A stretch of 32,000 nt of DNA. Source: Dehalococcoidia bacterium. Lineage in GTDB: Bacteria; Chloroflexota; Dehalococcoidia; SM23-28-2. Location: NCBI GenBank assembly GCA_030615765.1, contig JAUWYP010000011.1, positions 21,867-53,866 of the forward strand, in the 5' to 3' direction. Made by a program: the position numbers and the translations under genes. The notes beneath the pieces are model-generated. The model was not told the DNA's origin. It saw only the letters and a program-made list of their open reading frames with translations, and ran no database searches. This document shows positions 7,675-15,300 of the stretch, one piece after another; the stretch's first letter is position 1, and every line of letters starts with the position of its first letter.

Positions 7675-8825
7675 TGGGGCGCCATAAGAGATGGAGGTTC
7701 AAAATCAGGCAGCCAATAGCGAGGCTTCTGGTTGTCGGTCTGGCGCTGGCCGCCGCCGCAGTGGTGCTGGGTTGTGGCGAGGAGGAAGGTGCCGGTCGGG
7801 GCGTGCCCATGTTCCGGGGCGACCGCGCCCACACGGGCGTAAACCCTGGCCCGGGCGTTGAGCACTCGCCAAAGCTGCTCTGGCGCTTCAAGGCGGGCGA
7901 CTTCGTTGGCTCCTCGCCAGCGGTGGTGGACGGTGTGGTCTACACCGGCGGCGACTCCGTCTATGCCATCGACGCAGCTACAGGGAAGGAGCGATGGCGC
8001 TTCCAGACGGGCGACTACGTTTCGTCCTCGCCAGCAGTGGTCGACGGCGTGGTCTACGTCGGCAGCGAGGACCAGCATATCTATGCCCTCGACGCAGCTA
8101 CAGGACAGGAGCGGTGGCGCTTCCAGACGGGCGACAGCGTTGGCTCCTCACCGGCGGTGGCGGATGGGGTAGTCTACATCGGCGGCGGAGACGGCTACGT
8201 CTACGCCCTGGACGCCGCCACAGGGGAGGAACGCTGGCGCTTTCAGACGGGCGCCTGGGTTTATTCCTCGCCGGCGGTGGTGGATGGGGTGGTCTACATC
8301 GGCAGCTGGGACAGCCACGTCTACGGCTTGGAGGCTGCCACGGGGCAGGAGCGGTGGCGCTTCCAGACGGGCGATTACATTGTCTCCTCCCCGGCGGTGG
8401 TGGATGGGGTGGTCTACATCGGCAGCTACGACCGTTACGTCTACGCTCTGGACGCCGCCACGGGAGAGCAGCGCTGGCGCCTGAAGGTGGGCCACATCGC
8501 TCGTTCGTCCTCGGCGGTGGTGGACGGGGCAGTCTACATTGGGAGCAGCTACGACCGTTACGTCTACGCTGTGGATTCCGCCACAGGAGAGCAGTATTGG
8601 CGCTCCGCAACGGGCGGCCCCGGTTTTTCCTCGCCAGCGGTGGTGGACGGTGTGGTCTACATCGGGAGCGTAGACGGCTACGTCTACGCCCTCGAAGCTG
8701 CCACGGGGCAGGAGCGCTGGCGCTTCATGACGAGCGGCCCGGGTTTTTCGTCGCCGGCGGTGGTGGATGGGGTGGTCTACGTGGGTAGTGAGGACGGCTA
8801 CGTCTACGCCATCACTGAGGACTGA
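7674..8825 (+). CDS. Lipoprotein, 8-bladed PQQ-like (BamB-like) beta-propeller repeat protein; true start probably downstream of 7674
   Basis: Eight ~40-aa units of the type GD.V.SSPAVVDGVVY[IV]GS.D..VYALDAATG.ERWRFQT. The signal peptide with lipobox is ..RQPIARLLVVGLALAAAAVVLGCGEEEG. The track start (TTG 7674) overlaps the -10 box. SD GGAGG at 7693-7697 points to a non-AUG start near 7704 (ATC). Confidence 0.85.
   Translation: MGRHKRWRFKIRQPIARLLVVGLALAAAAVVLGCGEEEGAGRGVPMFRGDRAHTGVNPGPGVEHSPKLLWRFKAGDFVGSSPAVVDGVVYTGGDSVYAIDAATGKERWRFQTGDYVSSSPAVVDGVVYVGSEDQHIYALDAATGQERWRFQTGDSVGSSPAVADGVVYIGGGDGYVYALDAATGEERWRFQTGAWVYSSPAVVDGVVYIGSWDSHVYGLEAATGQERWRFQTGDYIVSSPAVVDGVVYIGSYDRYVYALDAATGEQRWRLKVGHIARSSSAVVDGAVYIGSSYDRYVYAVDSATGEQYWRSATGGPGFSSPAVVDGVVYIGSVDGYVYALEAATGQERWRFMTSGPGFSSPAVVDGVVYVGSEDGYVYAITED
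7896..8822 (+). repeat. Tandem ~120-bp coding repeats (8 PQQ-like blades) with high nucleotide identity
   Basis: Strings such as ggtggtggatggggtggtctacatcggcagc and gacgccgccacgggagagcagcgctggcgc recur. The same repeats generate long spurious ORFs in other frames and on the other strand. Confidence 0.8.
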
Positions 8826-8972
8826 GAGGGCCAGCCTGCCTTGGTTGCCCTCCCGACCGGCGGGGAATCCGTAACGGAGGGCGACTCCTCATCGCGAGCT
8901 TGCCCACCTCCCGCTGGCCAACGGCGTCGTGTGTGCTTCGTGGCGGCGACGGGGTGGCCCTAGCTTCTTTCC

Positions 8973-9001
8973 TTACCAGCCCTCGTGCCCGCGGGTACGA
9001 T
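8973..9001 (+). promoter_or_regulatory. Third, 'orphan' copy of the promoter-like cassette
   Basis: TTACCA (8973-8978) - gccctcgtgCCCGCGGG (17 nt) - TACGAT (8996-9001). A better consensus promoter follows 45 nt downstream, so its function is unclear. Confidence 0.3.
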
Positions 9002-9045
9002 GAGCCGCCTCAAGGGGCGTCAGGCCAGCAAACGTTGTCACGAAC

Positions 9046-9073
9046 TTGACAAAATGCCCCAGGGGCGTACAAT
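9046..9073 (+). promoter_or_regulatory. Near-consensus sigma70 promoter for the 9181 lipoprotein gene
   Basis: TTGACA (9046-9051) - 16 nt - TACAAT (9068-9073). Confidence 0.55.
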
Positions 9074-9180
9074 AGCGCCGCGCTATCCTTGTAGTCGCTC
9101 TTTGCCTGGGCGGTTACTCTTTTGGCGAGACGCCTGCGATTACGACGGGGCGTCAAGGCGTGGTTCGTGGGGGGTGCAGA

Positions 9181-10704
9181 GTGAGGTTCCCATGGCGTTA
9201 TGTGTCAATCATTGCGGCCGTGATGGCGGCTTCCCTGGTGGTAGCCGCCTGCGGTGGTGGCGGGGAGGGCGACCTAGCCGACCGCGAGATCGGCGATGAG
9301 CTGGAGCGAGCCCTGCAATCTGTGACGGAGAATGACCTGGCAATTATGGTCTTGCCTCAAGAAGAGCTCGGCGAGGAATTTGCAGACCTGGAGATTGACG
9401 AGGATTCGGGTTTCCAGAACAACGAGCAGGCGACTGATGACACCATCAATCCTGAGGACACGGGAGAGGACCTCGAACGGGCGGGGCGCATCAATGGGTA
9501 TGAGCTGGAATATGTCGCCCCAGACCTGTTATCCATGCTCGAGGCAGGCGAGGGAGTCGCCGTCGTCGAAACAATGGTGCACCTGTTCAAAGATGCCGGG
9601 GCGGCCTCAGACTTTCTCGCGGAACAGGTGGAGGACTACCAACGGTTTGAGGGTAAGGAGGTCATGCCCAGCATGACTCTGCAAGAAGCCCAAACCTTTG
9701 CAGTTGATGGGCTAGCCGACGAAGCGATAGGTGTCAGGGCCCGTGTCAGCTTCGGAGATATGCAGCTATATGGGACGGGGGTCTACTTCAGACTGGGACG
9801 GCTCGTGGGCGAGGCCTGGATAGCCACAGGCGACGATGCGGACGTCAATTCGCAGGTCAAGACAATCGCCCGGGCGCTGGAGGAGAGGATTGAGGGCGTT
9901 CTACTGGGCGACATTACGGGGACGCCGATGCCGCTGCCGCAGGTCGAGGAAGAAGCGACAGTGGCGCCACCACCCGAGGGCGCGCCCGACCTGCCGGCGA
10001 TGGCCCTGAGCCTCGACGACCTGCCCGCCGGCGTCTCCATCGACCACGAAGGCTACGTGGAAGACGAGGACACCGTCGCCTCCTACGAGCGGGAATTCGA
10101 CCTTGGGTCGGTGAGTATCGGCAGTTCGCGGCCTATCTCGCTGGAAAGCGAGGTCGACCTCTACGAGAACGCTACAGAGGCGTCGGGTCGCCTGGCGGCG
10201 TTTGAATTGATAGCCACGAGCGAGTCTGGCGTGGACCTCTTGGCGCCGGTCGTCAGCGAGAGAGTAGGATTTCGGGCTACCGATGTCCGCCTAGAACCTC
10301 TTCCCACGTCTGGCTTAGGCGAAGACTCCGTAGGGTTCCGCGTCTCCTTTGACTCGCCTCTGGGGCGCCTTGAGATGACCTTCATCTTTGTCCGTGTGGA
10401 CCGCGCCGTCGGTTCGGTCAGCCTAATGGGACTGGGGGGCAAGGTCGATTCCACGGACGCCATCTCCCTGGCCGAAGCGATGGCGGCACGCATGGCGGCG
10501 GAGGGTGCACGGGTGGCCACAGCAAGTCCTACCGCCGGTGCCCCTGCCAGCCTCACTCCCACGCGCGAGGGAGCTGTTTCAGAGCCTTCCTGCCAGCTCC
10601 CCGCGGATATCACCAGCTATCGCTACATCATGGAGATGAGCATGGAAGCTCCTGAGCTCATGGAGGAGCTCAGCGAGGATCTCGAGGGTGCGGCCGAAGG
10701 GTGA
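9181..10704 (+). CDS. Large acidic hypothetical lipoprotein, possibly 3'-truncated by the IS
   Basis: ORF 9160..10704. GTG 9181 (GGGGGG 6 nt upstream) gives (M)RFPWRYVSIIAAVMAASLVVAACGGGGEG, a signal peptide with lipobox VAAC. The stop codon TGA 10702-10704 is formed by the first three bases of the IS terminal inverted repeat. Confidence 0.7.
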   Translation: MRFPWRYVSIIAAVMAASLVVAACGGGGEGDLADREIGDELERALQSVTENDLAIMVLPQEELGEEFADLEIDEDSGFQNNEQATDDTINPEDTGEDLERAGRINGYELEYVAPDLLSMLEAGEGVAVVETMVHLFKDAGAASDFLAEQVEDYQRFEGKEVMPSMTLQEAQTFAVDGLADEAIGVRARVSFGDMQLYGTGVYFRLGRLVGEAWIATGDDADVNSQVKTIARALEERIEGVLLGDITGTPMPLPQVEEEATVAPPPEGAPDLPAMALSLDDLPAGVSIDHEGYVEDEDTVASYEREFDLGSVSIGSSRPISLESEVDLYENATEASGRLAAFELIATSESGVDLLAPVVSERVGFRATDVRLEPLPTSGLGEDSVGFRVSFDSPLGRLEMTFIFVRVDRAVGSVSLMGLGGKVDSTDAISLAEAMAARMAAEGARVATASPTAGAPASLTPTREGAVSEPSCQLPADITSYRYIMEMSMEAPELMEELSEDLEGAAEG

Positions 10705-10730
10705 CCTGCCCCCATGAACGGTACCACCCA

Positions 10731-11627
10731 CTATGTTAGTCCTGCCATGGCCTCTTGGAGGAGCGCAGAGGAGGCTGATGGCCATGGCAGCATCGCTTCC
10801 GGCGCCGGCGGCTCGTACCCGAGCGAGCTATGGGGACGAACGGCATTGTAGTGCCGTCTCCACTGCTCGCACAGCACCTTCGCCTCCAGCACCGTATCGA
10901 ACACCTCCACGTTCAGCAACTCATCCCGCAGCCTGCCGTTGAACGACTCGATGTAGCCGTTCTCCCACGGGCTGCCAGGCTCGATGTACAGCGTCTTCAC
11001 TCCTACCCGCGCCAGCCAATCCCGGACCACCCTCGCCGTGAACTCCGGCCCATTGTCTGACCGAAGGTACGTCGGAGTCCCTCGCAGAACGAAGAGCTGC
11101 GTCAGACGCCCCAGCACCTCATCACTGGTGATCCTCCTCGCCACCTCGATGGCTAGGCACTCTCGGCTGAACTCGTCTATGATCGTCAGCAGCCGCAGGG
11201 CACGTCCATCGCTGGTTCTCGCCAGCACGAAATCGTAGCTCCACACATGGTTCCGGTAGACCGGCCTCAGTCTGATGCAGGAGCCTTCGGTCAGCCAGAG
11301 CCGCTTCCGCTTGGGCTGCCTGGCCGGTACCTTCAACCCCTCCAGTCGCCACAGCCGCTCCACCCGCTTGTGGTTCACTGACCATCCCTCCTGACGCAAC
11401 ATCGCTGTCACCCGCCGGTAGCCGTAGCGGCCATACTGCGTTGCCAACTCTACCATCCGCCTCCGAAGTCTGGGCTCATCATCTGGAGAGCGGCATGTTC
11501 TCCTCTGGGTCGAACGCGCCTGCCCCAACACCCGGCATACCCGGCGCTCCGAGACGACCTGCCCGCCGAGCGCATCACGCACCCACGCGACCACCTGCCG
11601 TCTCTTCGCCGGGCTCAGAAGTTTCCC
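10731..11627 (-). CDS. IS3-family transposase OrfB (rve integrase core), expressed as an OrfAB fusion by -1 frameshift
   Basis: ...YRNHVWSYDFVLARTSDGRALRLLTIIDEFSRECLAIEV...LRSDNGPEFTA...YIEPGSPWENGYIESFNGRLRDELLN... shows the D, D and E(N)GY.ES.N motifs. The orfB frame is open upstream to the slippery heptamer: G-K-L-L-S-P-A-K-R-R-Q-V-V-A-W. The track ORF is 10731..11594. Confidence 0.85.
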   Translation of the reverse strand, partial: GKLLSPAKRRQVVAWVRDALGGQVVSERRVCRVLGQARSTQRRTCRSPDDEPRLRRRMVELATQYGRYGYRRVTAMLRQEGWSVNHKRVERLWRLEGLKVPARQPKRKRLWLTEGSCIRLRPVYRNHVWSYDFVLARTSDGRALRLLTIIDEFSRECLAIEVARRITSDEVLGRLTQLFVLRGTPTYLRSDNGPEFTARVVRDWLARVGVKTLYIEPGSPWENGYIESFNGRLRDELLNVEVFDTVLEAKVLCEQWRRHYNAVRPHSSLGYEPPAPEAMLPWPSASSALLQEAMAGLT

Positions 11628-11893
11628 TGGGCCGCCTCCTTCAGAATGGCGTTGTCCAACGACAGCTCAGCCACGAGCTTCTTCAGCCGGGCGTTCTCCC
11701 GCTCCAGCTCCTTCAGCCTCTTGGCCTGATCCCTCCCCAGCCCTCCATACTCCTTGCGCCAGCGGTAGTACGTCTGCTCGGTCACGCCGAGCTTCTTACT
11801 AACCTCGGGCACCGTCATCCCCCTGGCGAGCCCGACTTCCGCCTCCCTGAGCTTGTTGATGATCTCCTCCGGTGTGCGGCACTTCCTGCTCAT
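11615..11893 (-). CDS. IS3-family transposase OrfA (HTH + coiled coil)
   Basis: MSRKCRTPEEIINKLREAEVGLARGMTVPEVSKKLGVTEQTYYRWRKEYGGLGRDQAKRLKELERENARLKKLVAELSLDNAILKEAAQGNF. The ATG at 11893 lies inside the IS; the track's longer start at 11971 lies outside the IR. Confidence 0.85.
   Translation of the reverse strand: MSRKCRTPEEIINKLREAEVGLARGMTVPEVSKKLGVTEQTYYRWRKEYGGLGRDQAKRLKELERENARLKKLVAELSLDNAILKEAAQGNF
11621..11627 (-). promoter_or_regulatory. Putative -1 programmed ribosomal frameshift site G-GGA-AAC
   Basis: The minus strand reads cag gga aac ttc tga. The heptamer fits X XXY YYZ, sits 2 codons before the orfA stop, and orfB is in the -1 frame. Confidence 0.5.
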
Positions 11894-12070
11894 GCAGCTT
11901 GCCCCTTTCCCTGGTCCAGAACCCCTGTACACTAACATTGGAACTGGACTCGTTTTCGGGGGCAAGGTCACCCGCAGGTGCCCCGGATTGTCACTCAGCT
12001 ATCCCTGGATCTCACTGTAATCTGCTACTCGGTCACGCAGCCAGTCGATGCGTCCAGATGCTGCTCGCAC

Positions 12071-12099
12071 TTGACAGATTCTCTTTCGGGAACTAATCT
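12071..12099 (+). promoter_or_regulatory. sigma70-type promoter of the NLR operon
   Basis: TTGACA (12071-12076) - 17 nt - TAATCT (12094-12099). Followed by AGGAG (12112-12116) and ATG 12127. Confidence 0.55.
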
Positions 12100-12126
12100 C
12101 CACCTGCGGAAAGGAGCGCGTGACCG

Positions 12127-12300
12127 ATGGCGCGGGTGGGGGCTTCGGATGGCGGTAGCAGTCAGATCATGATCGAATTCGAGTGCGACTGTGGGAACGT
12201 AATTCGCGTCCCAAAGAGTCCTGCCCACAAAGAGGGCACGTGTCCAGGATGCCAGCGACTCACACGTGTTCCCTCGGGAGGAGAATACGTTGGAATTTGA
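12127..12300 (+). CDS. Small Zn-ribbon protein (57 aa; below the ORF-track cut-off)
   Basis: Own translation: MARVGASDGGSSQIMIEFECDCGNVIRVPKSPAHKEGTCPGCQRLTRVPSGGEYVGI*. Contains CxC...CxxC. SD AGGAG lies 10 nt upstream of ATG 12127; an alternative ATG is at 12169. The stop at 12298-12300 overlaps the start region of the next ORF. Confidence 0.5.
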   Translation: MARVGASDGGSSQIMIEFECDCGNVIRVPKSPAHKEGTCPGCQRLTRVPSGGEYVGI

Positions 12301-15300
12301 GGAGGCAACGTCCCTTGTTCTCCGCCTTCTCGAGGAGAAGGGGAAGGCGAAGAACAGTGAGATGATGAAGCTGTGCGGCAACGACCGAGAGTTGTTCGAT
12401 CGTGTCCGCGAAGACCTCATCTTCAACGACTTGGCTGAAGACAAAAAGGGCGTCGGGCTGGTCTACGTACGCCCGCCCTCCGAGGTGCCACCTCTTGAGG
12501 TTCCCGTGGCGGAGGACGTTCAGGAAGTAGTAGCTTCCGAGCCCAACATTCCTGACGCCGATGTCGTCATCAGTTATTCGCACAAGGACTTCGATCTCGC
12601 CCGCGAAATCGTGCGACAGCTCGAGAACGCAAGCGTCAAGCTGTGGTGGGATAAGACCGGCATCCGAGCTGGTCGGTGGCGCGAGAAGATCGTCCGCGCA
12701 ATACGATCCTCCAAGACTCTCACTGTTTTGTGCTCTATCAACTCGATGCAGTCTGAGGATGTTCGCACGGAACTTGAGTTAGCCGACTATTATAGGCGCA
12801 ATCGGCTGCCGCTTGGTCTCGATGAAACGGACTATCCCGAAAGTATCATCTACTGCCTGGTTAGCTGGCACAAGCACCGGGTTCCGATCATGGACCGCTC
12901 GGTCACCGAGTGGCTGCCGGAGGTTCTGGATGCCTTGGTAGCCCTCGGCGTTGCCTGCGACCGGCCGGCACTTCCACCCCCAGCCGTCGCTCCGGCTCCA
13001 ACCGCTGCTAAGGCTGTCAAGCCAAGCTGGCCTGAGCGGAGGGCTGTTCCCGTCACGGCTCCCCCGGTAGGCCGGCCGGGAGCGGGACGGAGGTTCCGCA
13101 TCTTCGTCAGCTCTACTTACGGCGACATGAAGGAGGAGCGGAACGCGCTCCAGCGCTTCGTCTTCCCACGGCTAAGGGAGCTTTGTTCGGTGCATGGGTG
13201 CCGGTTTGAGGCGGTCGACCTGCGTTGGGGCGTCAGCCAGGAAGCTGGCCTCGACCAGCAAGCCATGCCGATCGCCCTCCAAGAGATCGACCCATGCCGG
13301 CGCACGACGTCTCGGCCCAACTTCATCGTCCTCCTCGGCGACCGTTACGGCTGGCGCCCGCTGCCCTCCGAGATCCCGGCCCATGAGTTCGAGGAGATCT
13401 GCCGGCGTATCTCCGCAGACAAACAGCAGCGGCTGAAGGACTGGTATTTCAGGGACGATAACGCCGTCCCGCCCGACTACTGCTTGAAGCCGCGTGAAAT
13501 GGGAGGCGAGTACGAAGACTTCGCCATATGGGAAGCGGTGGAGCGCGACCTTCGTTCCATCCTGCTCGCGGCGGTGAAGGGCATGCCGCTTGAGGCTCAT
13601 GACCGTATGAAGTACGAGGCGTCGGCCACCGAACAGGAGATCGCCCAGGGGGCGTTACGGGTCCCGGACGCCCGGGAGCACGTCTACTGCTTCTTCCGGA
13701 CGATCAAGGATTTGCCACGAGATCTGAGCGGGAGGGACTTTGTCGATCTTGACAGCGAGGGCAATCCGGACATCGATGCGCGCAGACGACTGGAAGAGCT
13801 GAAGCACAAGCTACGTGGCCTCCTCCCCGATAACATCTACGATTACGAGGCAAGGTGGAACGACGGTGGCATCACCACCGATCACATCGACAAGCTGTGC
13901 GAGGACGTTTTCGACGCCCTCTCCCGGATCATCGAGCAGGAGATCGAGCGGCTTGAACAGGTTGACCCACTGGATAAAGAGATAGCAGACCACGACGACT
14001 TCGGCCAGGATAGAGCGAAGTTCTTCACAGGTCGGGCCGACATGCTTAGGAAGATCGGCGACTACGTCAAGAGTGGGGACAGTCAGCCGTTAGCGGTTTG
14101 GGGAGAGTCAGGTTCGGGCAAATCGGCGCTGATGGCCCGCGCGGCCCAACAGGTTCGGGAAGACCTACCGAATGCCGAGGTCGTCCTTCGTTTCCTCGAT
14201 GCGACGCCGGAATCCTCGGACGGGCGCGCTTTGCTCGACAGCCTGTGCCGTCAGATCTCCCGGGCCTACGGGGCGGACGAAGCCACAGTGCCCACGGATT
14301 ACAGGGAAGTGGTCGACGATTTCCCGAAGCGGCTAGCCCTGGCCACTGAGGAGAAGCCGCTCATCCTGTTCCTAGACGCACTGGACCAGCTGTCCGACGC
14401 CGAGGGGGCCCGTAGCCTCATCTGGCTGCCCGCTGACCTGCCCGAACACGTGCGCCTGATCGTCTCCACCTTGCCGGGCGAATGCCTGTCGGCGCTGGAG
14501 AGCAAGCTCTCGGACACGAGCCTCGTGGAGCTAAAGCCGATGCCGCCCGATGAAGGTCGCAAGCTCCTGGACCTCTGGCTGGAGGACGCGGGTAGGACCC
14601 TTCCGCAGCATCAGCGAGACGAGGTGCTCAGCAAGTTCGGGGCCGAAGGTCGGCCGCTCTACCTCAAGCTGGCCTTTGAGGAGGCCCGCCGCTGGAAGTC
14701 CTACACGGACCCCAGCGACACAGTACTAGCTGAGGGCATCCGGGGCATCATCCGTGAGAACCTGTTCGCTCGTCTCTCGTCGCCGGCCAACCACGGCAAG
14801 ATGATAGTCTCGCGCAGCCTAGGGTATCTGGTCGCGGCGAAGAACGGTCTATCCGAGGACGAGCTGCTGGACGTGCTGTCCAGCGATGCAGACGTCCTCT
14901 CCGACTTCAAACGTCGTTCGCCAATATCGCCGGAGGTGGAGAGGCTACCGGTGGTGCTGTGGTCTCGCCTGTACTTCGACCTGGAACCCTACCTGACAGA
15001 ACGCAGCGCCGATGGCGCCTCCCTGATGACATTCTACCACCGTCAACTCGGCGAGGTTGTGGCGGAGGACTACCTGGCCGGCGATGCGAAACCAGGGCGC
15101 CACCGCGCTCTGGCGGACTACTTCGATAAACAAGGGCTTGAAATCGAAGGCGCTCCCAATCTACGCAAGATGTCCGAGCTGCCATTCCAGCAGACGCACG
15201 GCGAGATGTGGGAAGAGCTCTTCGCCACCCTCACCAATTTCCCCTTCCTGGAAAGGAAGGCCGCCGATCTCGGAGTCCTGGAGCGCACAGACGCCGAGGG

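Larger units (their letters stand above)
10702..11970 (-). mobile_element. IS3-family insertion sequence (1269 bp) with orfA/orfB and imperfect terminal inverted repeats
   Basis: The ends read TGACCTGCCCCCATGAACGGTACC (10702->) and, as the reverse complement of 11970<-, TGACCTTGCCCCCGAAAACGAGTCC. These are TG...CA termini typical of IS3. orfA has an HTH and leucine zipper; orfB has a DDE (rve) core. No direct target duplication is visible (flanks ..gaaggg / cccgca..). Confidence 0.85.

Noticed and set aside
7482-8788. ORFs 7482..8078(-), 7994..8788(+), 8098..8610(-), 8148..8495(-)
   Set aside because: Alternative frames of the PQQ-like repeat gene. The sequences are repetitive Arg/Gly/Pro-rich, and the sense frame has a clear propeller motif and signal peptide.
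11872-12096. 74-aa plus-strand ORF crossing the IS boundary
   Set aside because: It starts inside the IS, antisense to orfA, and runs across the inverted repeat. It is of interest only because its distal part is the frame that would continue the interrupted lipoprotein ORF.
12120-12158. 12-codon GTG-initiated mini-ORF (MTDGAGGGFGWR) right after the operon promoter, a possible leader peptide
   Set aside because: SD-to-GTG spacing is only 3 nt. The same SD is better placed for ATG 12127, the start of the Zn-ribbon ORF.
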